In this document: positions 27,351-37,708 of the stretch, piece after piece
Position numbering within the stretch: position 1 is the stretch's first letter
How the letters are laid out: each line of letters opens with the position of its first letter
Translations under genes and position numbers: made by a program
Notes under the pieces: model-generated
What the model saw: only the letters and a program-made list of their open reading frames with translations
What the model was told of the DNA's origin: nothing
Database searches by the model: none
Origin: an uncultured virus (IMG/VR IMGVR_UViG_3300033475_000017)
Taxonomy: Duplodnaviria > Heunggongvirae > Uroviricota > Caudoviricetes
Direction: 5' to 3' (one strand)
IMG/VR virus record: IMGVR_UViG_3300033475_000017
DNA length: 64,000 bases

Positions 27351-27398
27351 TGTTGACATTGCGTAAACAATTCACGCACTGTGCGTTGAAAGTCAACA
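27351..27398. promoter_or_regulatory. Divergent promoter region: TGTTGACA...ACGCACTGTGCGT...GTCAACA
   Basis: Same architecture as 26711-26753, located at a strand switch. Confidence 0.7.
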
Positions 27399-27417
27399 AT
27401 CGTGATAGGGCAATAAC

Positions 27418-28368
27418 ATGCGGGCCGATCCTGCGACCATATCGAGGGCCATCCGGAGGTTCGATGACGCCGCTGACAGCTACGCCCGCAGCGTCATGCA
27501 GGTGGCTGATTTGTTGGCGATCGAGGGCGCGAATATTCCGTCGGTCGCGCGGTTGGCCCGACAGCTCCGCTCGCAGACCGAACACTTTCGTGCCAGCGTC
27601 TGGCCAGAACGTGAAGGGGTCCAGTAATGACCACCGATGTCCGAGACACGCTGCGCGGCCTGCAGCTCGGCGGGTCAGCAACCATCCACCTGGCCGGGTC
27701 GCTGCGCCAGCAGGATCGGGCATACATGGCAGTCAACACGGCCGCCTACCGCATGCTGGGCAGCGGCAGGTACACGCTGCACCGGCTGTCTGACCCACCA
27801 CGGGTCATAATCACCCATGCCGTCCAGCCCCGTCACTATTCGGTCGACCGGGACCGCATCAACAACATGCTCGCCGAAGGAATGATCCCGTGAAGATTAT
27901 CGTGCCCAACGAACTGATCGTGACCACCTATGAAGAGGCGCACGCGAACATGCGCCGCTACATCATGGCCGGATACGATGCCGCCCGCCAGCTCGCCGAA
28001 GAGATGGCGACTCGCATCGAGCAGGGGCGAATCGCTCCGATCGACGGCGCCGGCGCGCTGCGCCTCATGGTCGAGGTCATGCAGATATCGGCCGAGCCCG
28101 TGCCCAACATGCCCGTCGTGGTGGTGGACTTCCCGAACGATAATGTTGCGAAATCGACCCACTGACAGGGACACCGACAATGATGAGCACCCGCCCTGAA
28201 GTAAATGTCGTCCCGCACCCCGAATGGCCCAACGTCTGGGTTGTTGAGCATGTCGACGCTGACGGAGACGGCGGAATAGCCGTTACAATATTCGAGGGAT
28301 GCGAGCCGAAAGAGCGCGCTGAGAATTATGCTGCGCTGCTGCGGGCGGCCCCGTTGCTTCCCACCTGA
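27418..28368 (+). other. Operon of four small hypothetical ORFs (27418-27627, 27627-27893, 27890-28165, 28180-28368)
   Basis: Coupled stop/start junctions. Confidence 0.6.
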
Positions 28369-28373
28369 AACAA

Positions 28374-28533
28374 GTCGGCCCCCGGATTGACTCCGAGGGC
28401 CGACAAGTGCCAGTCTCCTGGCGTTGCGCAATCCCCGGTTCCCGTCGGGGTTAGAGCGCGGATCAGGGTCTCACGTGCGAGGAAAGCCCCGATCGATCGA
28501 TGGACTGGACCGTAACTGATCCATTTCATCGAT
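28374..28533 (+). ncRNA. Candidate structured intergenic RNA (five consecutive hairpins)
   Basis: GTCGGCCC/GGGCCGAC, GCCA/TGGC, GCGC-AATCCCC/GGGGTT-GCGC, GATC/GATC, ATCGATG/CATCGAT stems. Confidence 0.4.
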
Positions 28534-28783
28534 GCAACACCCCACCATTCCGCGCACAGTGCGAGGTCGTGAATGCTGGGTGACATGATTTTATGGGTTC
28601 GGCGATGAAACAAGCGACCAAGCCCCATCTCTTGGTGATGGCTGGTGTGCTGTTCGGCCTCGCTTGTGGTGCGATACTGGCATCGCTCATCGGCCCACCG
28701 GCATCCCCGGTTGGCACGCCCATGTGTTTGTTCTTCAGCAGTGCGGTCACGTTGGCCTATGCGCGTCCATGGAGGCGTCGCAT

Positions 28784-30825
28784 ATGAAGCAGGCCGTTCG
28801 CACCAGGCGCACATCAGCCGCAGCCGCCGAGCTGGTGGCCCGCATTCATGCCGATCGCCGGCTCACACTCGGGCCCGCCGACATCAAATGGTTCCTGCGC
28901 AAGCACGAGCCCCACACCATGCCAGTCGAGACGATCGAAGGCCCGCCGTGCATGATCATCGTCCGATCTGCTATGCCCGTGTCACGTGCCGCCCAGGCGC
29001 TGTTCGAGCGCGTCGCGCCCATCGGCATGAGGCTCTGTTTCGTTAGGGGGAAGCATGTCTGACGAAATCACCGGCCGGCCGTTGGTGGATATCATCGCCG
29101 AAGCGCGGCAGATGCAGGTGACGGGTCAATATATCAACGGCGGCATATTCCACGCGATGGCCGACGAAATCACCCGCTTGCGCGCGTGGATCACCGCGAT
29201 CGGAGAGCTGCCCGACGTCGACGCCGATAATCGCGACTGGATGGCGCGCTGTGCCCTCGATGGAGATCCCGCACCATGAAGGCGCCCCCCGATTATTACG
29301 GCGAAGGCCTGCGCCTCTTCGTCGGCCATCCCTCCTGCACCAACCCAGAGCTGGCCGCCGCCATCTATGCCCAGATCGTGGAGCGGATCGCCGACAGGCT
29401 GAACCGGAGCCACATCGACCAAGTGCTGTACCGCTCCGATATCGTGGACCAGGTTAACCGGACCATGCGCGACATCGAACGGGACCGGATGGCATGAGCG
29501 GCACCCTGCCCATCCGCTCCTGCCGTCGGTGCGGCTGCACCGATGACGATTGCTCCATGTGCATCGCGCGCACCGGCCGGGCCTGTTACTGGGTCGAGCA
29601 GGATCTGTGCAGCGCCTGCCAACAGGATCGCCAAACAGGCTGGAATATTCTGCGCCAGCGCATGGCCCAAGGTCGGATCGAGTTCCCGTCGAACGATGCC
29701 CTGCGCACCAGCCTGATCGGCAGAGGCGACGTCGTGTCGGTCGATGAATTCGACACATTCACCCCAGAGCAGTTGCGCGCCGTCATGCGCCGGGACAAGA
29801 CCTGATGCCCAGCAAATGGCACCACGGCACCCAGAAGGGCCAGCCCTGCATGACGTGCGGCAGCAAGCGCGAGCGGGTCACCATCGTTGACGGCCTCCTG
29901 CCGGATGGCGCACCCAACGTGAAATTCTTCTGCGGCAATAAATGCGCAGCCGCCGGCGGGTATCCATGGGCTGGCCTGCCCTCACGCTATCAGCCACAGA
30001 AGGCGGATGCAGCATGATCTGGACAGAGCAGGATGACACACTGCTGATTTTCTACGGGCACTGCCTCAATCAGGCGTTCGGCGGCGCACCAAAGGGCTAC
30101 GAGCACGTTGCGCAGTATGATCTGCACTGCCCTGCGGATGAGGCTATCGCGCGAGTGGCCTTATTGCGGCAGGAACGTCCTGGCTGGGTCAAAGCGCTTG
30201 AGTGGGAGGCCGATCAGGAGCCAGAAGAGAGGCCCCAGCGGCGCCGGAAGAAGGGCTTGCATTAGATGTCCAACCGAAATTGGGACAAAGCCCGCGCCAT
30301 CGATCGAGCACGTAAGCCCTCGTCGGAACCCGTTGTGCATTTCGCTGCACCGGATCCCGACAGGACGCCGTTCCCGATCGTCTATGCCCGCTATGCCAAT
30401 GCGGAAAAGCGCGCCGGCCGCAAGCCGCTACCGCCCAGGCAATGGATCGCATCGTTGAAGCAGAACAACACGAGGCGCACCTGATGCCAGAGGTCAACCC
30501 GATCACCGGCAAGCCGTTTCAGTTCCAGCCCCGCAAGCGCAAGCGCGGGAAATCGCCTGGCGGCACACAGGTCATTCGCCCGCACGTTCGCGAGATCAAA
30601 CCCGGCTCCGTCAAACCTCCAGCCAATCTCGTTGCCCAGGTCGCGCGGCATATCGCTGGCGACACATCCGGCTTTCGCACAGATTGGCCCCCGCAACTCA
30701 TAGCAACCGCCGCAAGCCATATGCGGGCCTCCCATTACGTTGGTCTCGAAAATCGTGGCAGCGCCTGGGTCAAGCGCACCATCGAGCGGATCGACAAGAT
30801 ATCGAAGCAGTCAGCCAAACCCTGA
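28784..30825 (+). other. Operon of eight small hypothetical ORFs (28784-29062, 29055-29279, 29276-29497, 29494-29805, 29805-30017, 30014-30265, 30266-30484, 30484-30825)
   Basis: Overlapping ATGA/TGATG junctions; 29494 ORF carries 'CRRCGCTD..C...C.WV..DLCSAC'. Confidence 0.65.
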
Positions 30826-31166
30826 CCGCGATCCCGTGTGCGCGCCTACCAAAGCGCACCGGCCGGGCTTTCTAAACGCAGCAACCGCCCGGTGGTAACA
30901 CCCGCCGTGCACCGATGCTCCGACCAGCCTGCGTGACGGGCAACTGCAAACCGGGGAGAGAAACCGCCGGTGAAGACCCGCCACACCATGCGACCGCATG
31001 GCCGAAAATCCACCAAACGACCAGCTTATTCCAACCACGCCCAAATTCTGGGGAACCATTTAAGGAGGGGCGCACATAGACCTGTGCGCAGCACGCCGTA
31101 TCGCCTCCATCCAGCGCGTCAGCGCGTGGCGATCTCTTCCAACCTCAACGCCACCACCATCTAGCC

Positions 31167-31579
31167 AACCCTCCCACCAGACCGACCAGCCACACACAGG
31201 CGCGCACGCGCGCTCGCCGACAACAACCCGCATCAGCCGATACAGGCCGATCCACGATCGAAACCCTCCACAAACCAGGGCAGACGATCGAATTTATCAA
31301 TCGAAAACCTCCCACACCACGCAATCGCGGACGCCAGTTCGCGAGTGCCGCGAGGTCCAGCGGCGCGGTAGCCGCTGGTCGGCGTCAGCCGAAACCCTCC
31401 AGCAGAAACACATGCGCAGCATCCGAAAACCTCCCGCAATATCAGCGCGCAAACCCTCCCCGAAAACCTCCACGATCAGCGCTGAACCCTCCCCAGCGCT
31501 TCAAACCCTCCAGCTTGCGAATTTGCGCAATTACGCAAACTCAACCCTCCATGATCAGCCATTCAATCAAAACCTCCCC
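31167..31579 (+). repeat. Eleven dispersed direct repeats AA(A/C)CCTCC in a C/A-rich non-coding tract
   Basis: Copies near 31167, 31261, 31304, 31392, 31426, 31451, 31463, 31485, 31503, 31543, 31569. Confidence 0.8.
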
Positions 31580-31884
31580 AATCAATCGGAATTTCCGATC
31601 AACGATCGATCGACCCGCTCTATCAGCTATCCCCAATTCAACATCGGAGAAACCAATCAATCGACCAACACTGATCGGAAATGTGAATTGGTCCCGTGGC
31701 TTCTCTCTCATCCCATGAGGCAATCCAAAAACACGCTCGTCATCACCGGGACGCTGAGACGGCAAACCGCGGGCAAACCAGCCGCCGAAACGGGCAAACC
31801 TGACCGTGAAGCAGCCGACTGGCACGGTACCCACGTGCGCGGGCGCGAAATCGCGGCGGATCGCAGCGCCGGCGTCGGGCGCGG

Positions 31885-32526
31885 CTATGTCGGGCGGCAG
31901 ATGCGGCTGATCGCGTCCAGCGAAAGGTTCAGCTTCAGAGCGGCCTTGATCGCGCGCAGCGACTCGCCTGAGGCGTGGCGCATCCTTATGCGCTCGCACA
32001 TGGCTTGCTGCTGATCATCGGGGTGCAGCATGCCAGCGACCACGCGATAGCCGAACGGAACCTTGCCACCCAGATAGGCCCCCCGCGCTCGCTGGTCTGC
32101 TTTGACGTCAAGTATGCGCTCGCGTGTCCGATCGCGCTCGGCTTCAGCCACGGCTGCCAGGATGGCGAATACCAGCTTGCCTATGCCGTTCCCCGTCACG
32201 TCGCCGCCGAGATCGATCATGTGCAGCGCTATGCCAGCGGTCTGCAGGTCCGACAGGACTGCGAGTGCGTCCAGCGAAGATCGAAACATGCGGTCTAGTT
32301 TTGCGGTCAGGATGATGTCGCCACGTCGCACGCAAGCTAGGAGGCTGGCACCTTCGGGCCGCTGGCCAAGTGGGACGGATCCCGATACGCCACGGTCAAC
32401 GAAATCGGTGTCGACCTTCCATCCTTTCATCAGCGCATAGCCTGCCATCATGCGGTGCTGAACATCCAGGCTTTCACCATCGTCAGCCTGGCGTGCGGTG
32501 CTGACGCGAGCATACGTGTAAATCAT
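31885..32526 (-). CDS. Serine recombinase (resolvase/invertase family)
   Basis: 'YARVST..Q', 'D.GVSG', 'RP', 'KLDRMFRS', 'AEAER...RER'. Confidence 0.92.
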   Translation of the reverse strand: MIYTYARVSTARQADDGESLDVQHRMMAGYALMKGWKVDTDFVDRGVSGSVPLGQRPEGASLLACVRRGDIILTAKLDRMFRSSLDALAVLSDLQTAGIALHMIDLGGDVTGNGIGKLVFAILAAVAEAERDRTRERILDVKADQRARGAYLGGKVPFGYRVVAGMLHPDDQQQAMCERIRMRHASGESLRAIKAALKLNLSLDAISRICRPT

Positions 32527-32668
32527 GAGCAAAATCCTATCTGTATGGTTGCTCGCAAGTGTCGTGTTGTAAGTGGCCCTAATGCAAGCAGACAGATCGG
32601 GCGACAGACACGAAAAAGCCGGCTCGGTGTGAACCGGCCGGCTTGTCCGTAGAACCGCTTGGGAGCGG

Positions 32669-33817
32669 TCAGGCCATGGCTTGCGCCATGATCTTCGCAC
32701 CAGCTTGCTCATAGGCGATACGCACGTCCTGGTGCGGTATGGACCGCGCCACGCTGGTGATGCCTTGCACGTAGTCAAATGGCGTTTCGGCCGCGTGGCC
32801 CTCTTCCGCCACGATGCGGGCCAGGATCTTGTTTGACTCGGCCGGGCCGAAACCCTGCAGTCCCATGAACCGGAACCGATCTTCGTCAGAGCTGGTGATG
32901 CGCGCCTGCTTCATGGCCTTGAGATCGTGTTCCAGACCAGCGGCAGAGCTATCCACAAAGCCGGTAAGCGCGGGGATCAGGTCACTGGCGAACCGGCCAG
33001 CCGCATGCTTCGTGTGCTTGATCGAAAAGCGGGAGAAGCCTTTCTGACCCCAAATGTTGCGGTTCTGGCAGACATAGCGGTAGAGGAACGTAGCCACGCC
33101 ATTGGAAACGCCACCACATTCCCCATTCCATGCGTAGAAGCCGCGATAGAAGAGGTCGGGCGAACCGTCCGGAAGAAAGCCAGCTTGCACGGGGTTTTGC
33201 TCGTCCACCAGGAACAAGAACACATCCCGATCCGATGCATACAGCGTGGTGGTTTCCGTTGTCGGGTCGACCGTCGGATAAATATCCGGACGGTTCGCCT
33301 CACGGAACGCGGTCGGGACGGTCCAACGGCCGTTGCCAGCGTCGACAACCGATTTGATGGCTTGCACCAGCTCTACATCCCAAATGCGGCCGTAGTTTTC
33401 GCCAGTGATGCCGCGCAACTCATGGCCAGCGGTCAGGGCCTGTATGCGGCCTGGTGCACGCTGCAAGCCATGGTCAAGGCAATCCGCGGCGAGGCTGGCC
33501 GGGAGCGTCCGGATGAAGGATGCGGGGGCTTGGATGGACTGGCAAAGCTGCTGAAACGCATAGTTTGTCGGGATCCATTCTTCCACGCGGCCGTTGTCGC
33601 GGGTGGCAAATGTCAGCTCGCCACCGTCATTGAGTGCGCGCAAGCTGCGCAGGTCCATAACCGTATCGGTCGACCGGTCACGCCGATCGAGGACGGCCGA
33701 CATGAGATCGTCAATGCTGGTATAGCGCTGGTCATTCGGCCGCGTGGCCCACTGGCGGGACGCCGTGCTGTCGACATTACGCTCGGCGATGGACTGAACG
33801 AGATTCAAGGCAACCAT
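32669..33817 (-). CDS. DUF932-family protein
   Basis: 'QW..RP.DQRY.S', 'PT..AF.QLC', 'YGRIWD.ELV', 'LYASDRDVFLFLVD', 'Y..VCQNRNIWG'. Confidence 0.8.
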   Translation of the reverse strand: MVALNLVQSIAERNVDSTASRQWATRPNDQRYTSIDDLMSAVLDRRDRSTDTVMDLRSLRALNDGGELTFATRDNGRVEEWIPTNYAFQQLCQSIQAPASFIRTLPASLAADCLDHGLQRAPGRIQALTAGHELRGITGENYGRIWDVELVQAIKSVVDAGNGRWTVPTAFREANRPDIYPTVDPTTETTTLYASDRDVFLFLVDEQNPVQAGFLPDGSPDLFYRGFYAWNGECGGVSNGVATFLYRYVCQNRNIWGQKGFSRFSIKHTKHAAGRFASDLIPALTGFVDSSAAGLEHDLKAMKQARITSSDEDRFRFMGLQGFGPAESNKILARIVAEEGHAAETPFDYVQGITSVARSIPHQDVRIAYEQAGAKIMAQAMA

Positions 33818-33902
33818 GGTCATAACTCCGGTAACGCACACCACCCACTGGTGTGCATGAGATGGGGCACCCGCGGGCCGCCCCATTTCACGCACGTCAG
33901 TA

Positions 33903-34607
33903 TCAGGCGGCTTGCGCGGCTTCCTCGCGTTCGGCGGCTTCCTCCGCTTCGGCATCGTCCACATGCGCCACCGTATCGGCGATCGTGGCATGCCATGTGC
34001 GCTTTGTGCGCGCGGTGGCTTCATGCGTGGTAATGGCCACGCCAAAGGACCGCATGAGCTGGGCGACGTATTTCTTGCCGAAGGTCCACCCCGTGATCTC
34101 TTTCATCTCATCCATGGTGGCGCCCTCTTCCCTCATCATGAGTTTGATGGCTTGGCCAGACTTTGATCCCCAATCAGCGCCACGCGGGCCGTTGGACACT
34201 GCAGCCGATTTGTCGCCACCGCGCCCGCGCTTGGCAGGGGGATCAAAGCAACGCACGGGTGCGCCGCTGGCATCAATGATGCAGACCTGCATCCCCAACG
34301 CTTTGGCGAATGTGCCAGCGAACATGCCAGCGGCGAGCAACGAGTCATACTGGCCAGCAATGGCCAGCGTGTAGGACTCGGGGAGTTGCTGCAGGACGTC
34401 CTGATCAGCTTCGGCGCGCAGCTCGGCGAGCGATGGCACACGCGGCGCAGGTGGCGCAGGTGGCGCGGCATCGGCCGGCGCTGCGGGGGCCAGTGCGTCA
34501 ACCATGGCAGCAACGTCAATGGACGTGTCCACCAGCGTGGTCAGGTCGACCGTTTCAACAACGGGTGTGGGAACGACTGTCAGCTTGGGAGCGGCTTTGC
34601 GGGCCAT
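33903..34607 (-). CDS. DUF3489-like winged-helix protein (paralog 2)
   Basis: 'WGSKSGQAIKLMMREEGATMDEMKEITGWTF'. Confidence 0.65.
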   Translation of the reverse strand: MARKAAPKLTVVPTPVVETVDLTTLVDTSIDVAAMVDALAPAAPADAAPPAPPAPRVPSLAELRAEADQDVLQQLPESYTLAIAGQYDSLLAAGMFAGTFAKALGMQVCIIDASGAPVRCFDPPAKRGRGGDKSAAVSNGPRGADWGSKSGQAIKLMMREEGATMDEMKEITGWTFGKKYVAQLMRSFGVAITTHEATARTKRTWHATIADTVAHVDDAEAEEAAEREEAAQAA

Positions 34608-35046
34608 GTGTAAGCATCCTCTTGCTTGTCCGGCGCTGCACAACGCTGCGCCTGACGAAACAACTAGCGCACCGTGCGTGACGATGCAAGGGTGAAATGC
34701 TGACAATCTGCATTTTCTTTTCCGGCCGGTCGGGCTGGCACGATGCACCAGGCAATGTCAGCCACTACACGAGGCGATGCCAGCATAGAGGTCGAGCATG
34801 GTCACCATGCATGATCGCACGCGATGGGGGGGCACCTTTGCTGGGAGGAAACCCGCCCGCTCACTCTCCGATCCCCAATCTGTAGCGCCAAAAAAATCGG
34901 CGAAAATTTAATATGCGGGAATTTATTTTCCGAGAAGAAGAGTGATTGAGTTCTATCGAAGGGCGATTTAGCCCGCGCGGCGGTGATGCAGGTAATGGTT
35001 TGGATTGTTACCCGAATTTGGCCCGCACGATGCTTGACGGGAACTG

Positions 35047-35718
35047 TTGCGCGTCGGTGATGTGTCGTGCATGGTGCGTGGAATGATTGGTTTCGGGGAA
35101 GTTTTGATGTTGAGCTTCAAAGCGATGACTGCGGCGAAATTGCTGATCCACGCTGGCGCGGCGCGATCGATTGTGGGGGACGGACATGGACAGGGGCATG
35201 TCGTGGCTGCTGCGGCTGCTGGTGCGCCGGTTTCTGTTGCGCCGGGGGTTCCTGGGGCGTCGGATGAGGTTCGGGGTTCGGCGCCGGCTGACGCGGGCGG
35301 CGGTTCGGCGGTGGTGGCCGAAGTGACTATGCGCTGCCCGCGCTGCCGTGGCGCTGGGCGCCTGCCGGTCGATGAGCCTGAATGCAACGGAATGGCCACT
35401 TCGGCCGAGTGCGAGCGATGCGGCGGGTCTGGCGTGGAGAAGCGCACGGCGGCTGATCCGGAGCTGGAAGCGGTGCTGAAATCGACGTCGCTGGATCTGC
35501 TGCGCAGTGTCGGCGCGGCGCGGGGCATCACGGTGCAGCGGACGGGCGACGGCTCCGACGGTGACGTTCTGGCGCTGCAGTGGGCGAGCGAGTGGACGGC
35601 GACCATCCGGCATGATGACCAGGCCACCGAGTTGCAGTTCGGGCCATATGTCTCCGAAGACATGGCGTGGCGTGTGGCGCTGGCCCACACGAACAGGCTG
35701 CGTCAGGGCCTGGTCTGA
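35047..35718 (+). CDS. Hypothetical protein with a DnaJ-like CxxCxGxG pair (true start uncertain, likely downstream)
   Basis: CPRCRGAG and CERCGGSG. Confidence 0.55.
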   Translation: MRVGDVSCMVRGMIGFGEVLMLSFKAMTAAKLLIHAGAARSIVGDGHGQGHVVAAAAAGAPVSVAPGVPGASDEVRGSAPADAGGGSAVVAEVTMRCPRCRGAGRLPVDEPECNGMATSAECERCGGSGVEKRTAADPELEAVLKSTSLDLLRSVGAARGITVQRTGDGSDGDVLALQWASEWTATIRHDDQATELQFGPYVSEDMAWRVALAHTNRLRQGLV

Positions 35719-35894
35719 TGCCCGCTGCCGCGCCCGACCAGCTCTACCGCTGGTATTGGCGTTCGCGCATGCCGGAACGGCACGGGTCGCTGTGCCATGT
35801 TCTGGCGCGGGGCGCGCTCAATTCTGTTCTGGTCCGGTTTGTCGATGATGGGTGGACCGTCGTGACTTCGCGCTATGCGGTGAGGAAAGCATGA
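35718..35894 (+). CDS. Small conserved phage protein
   Basis: 'PER.G..C.VLARG.LNS.LV.F.DG..VVTSR.AVR'. Confidence 0.65.
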   Translation: MPAAAPDQLYRWYWRSRMPERHGSLCHVLARGALNSVLVRFVDDGWTVVTSRYAVRKA

Positions 35895-36763
35895 CCCTGC
35901 CAGAAATCACTGCGGCGATGCCGCTTCTGCCTGTCGGGCGTATCGGCAAGCTGTCGACCAGCCTGCGGCGGGACCGGATGAATTCGGACGGCACGTATGA
36001 GCCGACCCCGTATGATGTAACCTGCGCCGAAACGAAGCTGGAAGACCTGTGGAAGCAGGATCAGGCTGACCATGCCGCGAACGCGGCGGCGATCGAGCAC
36101 AACAGAGCGCTGAGGGCTACGTTGACCGAGATCATGAAGGCCGCGGGCATACCGGACAGTTACAGCGAGCGGGACCACAAGAGCCGGTCGCGGTTTCCGA
36201 AGTCGATCCGTCGCGATGCGGGCTACCTGGGAGACTTGCAGCGGCATATTCCGATCAGCGACGGGTTTTCTGGCCTGTCGTTGACGTATGATCGGCTGAA
36301 AGCGGCTTACGCGGAGCACCGGAAGGTGGCCGACGCGCGCCAAGCGGCTCAGAAACGGAAAGCGGATGCCGCGATCGAGCGGCGCAAGGCCGACATGGAA
36401 CTGGCCATCCTGCTGGTGCGCTACGAGCTGCCGCCGGAAAGCGACTGGTCGGACGTGCTGGGCGTGGTTCGCAAGCGGAACCAGTATCTGGATCTCGCCA
36501 TCGCGATGGAAGACTGCCGCGGCGACTGGTCCGAAGGCTGTTACATGGTCGAAGCGGCGCTGGATCGGTTCACGATCACTGACGACAGAGACAAAGAGAT
36601 CGCGACCGACGCTGCAAGCGGTATCGCCAGTTTCGGTGATGGTTGCGGCGATGGGCGCGTGTTCCGCGATACTCGTTGGAGCTACGACGCGCTGTATGCG
36701 CTGATCGTTGACCAACAGCTTGTGGCCGATGCTCGGCGCGCACGGGAAGGGGCTCGCCGATGA
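35891..36763 (+). CDS. Hypothetical protein
   Basis: Long ORF with RBS and coupled junctions. Confidence 0.7.
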   Translation: MTLPEITAAMPLLPVGRIGKLSTSLRRDRMNSDGTYEPTPYDVTCAETKLEDLWKQDQADHAANAAAIEHNRALRATLTEIMKAAGIPDSYSERDHKSRSRFPKSIRRDAGYLGDLQRHIPISDGFSGLSLTYDRLKAAYAEHRKVADARQAAQKRKADAAIERRKADMELAILLVRYELPPESDWSDVLGVVRKRNQYLDLAIAMEDCRGDWSEGCYMVEAALDRFTITDDRDKEIATDAASGIASFGDGCGDGRVFRDTRWSYDALYALIVDQQLVADARRAREGARR

Positions 36764-37708
36764 CCGACCGCGGTGTTGAGATCGTGCTTGGGCTGCTGTG
36801 CCTGCTGGGGCCGCTGCTGCAGATCATGCGGGAATACGGCACGGCATCTGACCCTGGTGAGGCGATGGTTGACTGGCTGACACGGCAGTCGGCGCAGACG
36901 CTGGCCATGTGGCAGGTGATGGGCGTCTTCGGCTGGGTGCTGCTGCTGATCGGAGTTGCGCCGAAATGATCATTATCACATGCTCATGCGGTCGGTCTTG
37001 GGCGAAGCGCGATCATGCGGGCGCCGACCTGACGCAAGCGCTGATGGCTGATCCGTGCCCGCAGTGCGGGGTCAGTGCAGCCAAAGCCAATGGCACCGGC
37101 ACGCGCACGGCAGAGACGTGTCCGGATCCCCGGATCGGCGAAGTGTTGGCTGGGCTGACCGCGTGGAAGGAAGCACCGGCGCGCTTCCTGCGCTGGAACG
37201 TCATGGTGTCGCGCGAGAACCCGAACGAGGCGACGGTCACGGTGCTGATCGGCGCGGCCAGGAGCGTGGGCGAATGGTGCGCGAAATCTGTTCTGGTCTG
37301 CGAGGTCGACCGCACCGCGGCGCGGATCACTCGGGTCTCAACAGCCGAACAATATCCGCGCAAGACGGCATTGCGCCCCCTGAAAGATGGCATAGCGCTT
37401 CGTGGTGTGATCGCCGACCTGGTGTTGACGATCGGGCTGGATCTGCAGCCGGTGACAGACTGGCAGCGCTTGGCGGCCAACGCCGGTTCTCGTAACTGAA
37501 AGGGTTTTTGATGACGTATGCGACGTGGGGAATAGGGCTCGCGCTGATGCTGCTGGCGCTGGGTGCGCTGGTATCAATAGCCGCGCATAACGCGGATGGC
37601 GAGCACTGGGATAACGCCCATGCGGACGCGACCATGATCGGTCTCATGATCGTGGGTGGAGCGCTTCTGATGGCTGCGGCGACGGTGGCGCACGCGCTAT
37701 GGCACTGA
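36760..37708 (+). other. Three small ORFs (36760-36969 membrane, 36966-37499 Zn-ribbon, ~37510-37708 membrane)
   Basis: Coupled junctions, hydrophobic segments. Confidence 0.55.

Noticed and set aside
28479..28490. GAGGAAAGCCCC resembling the RNase P RNA motif GAGGAAAGUCC
   Set aside because: Element too short and no matching 3' P4 strand found.
31167..31579. Repeat array as a CRISPR array
   Set aside because: Repeats are only 8-11 bp with irregular spacing; no cas genes.
31885..32526. Serine recombinase as integrase or fibre-switching invertase
   Set aside because: About 213 aa, too short for a large serine integrase; not near fibre genes, and no flanking inverted repeats seen.
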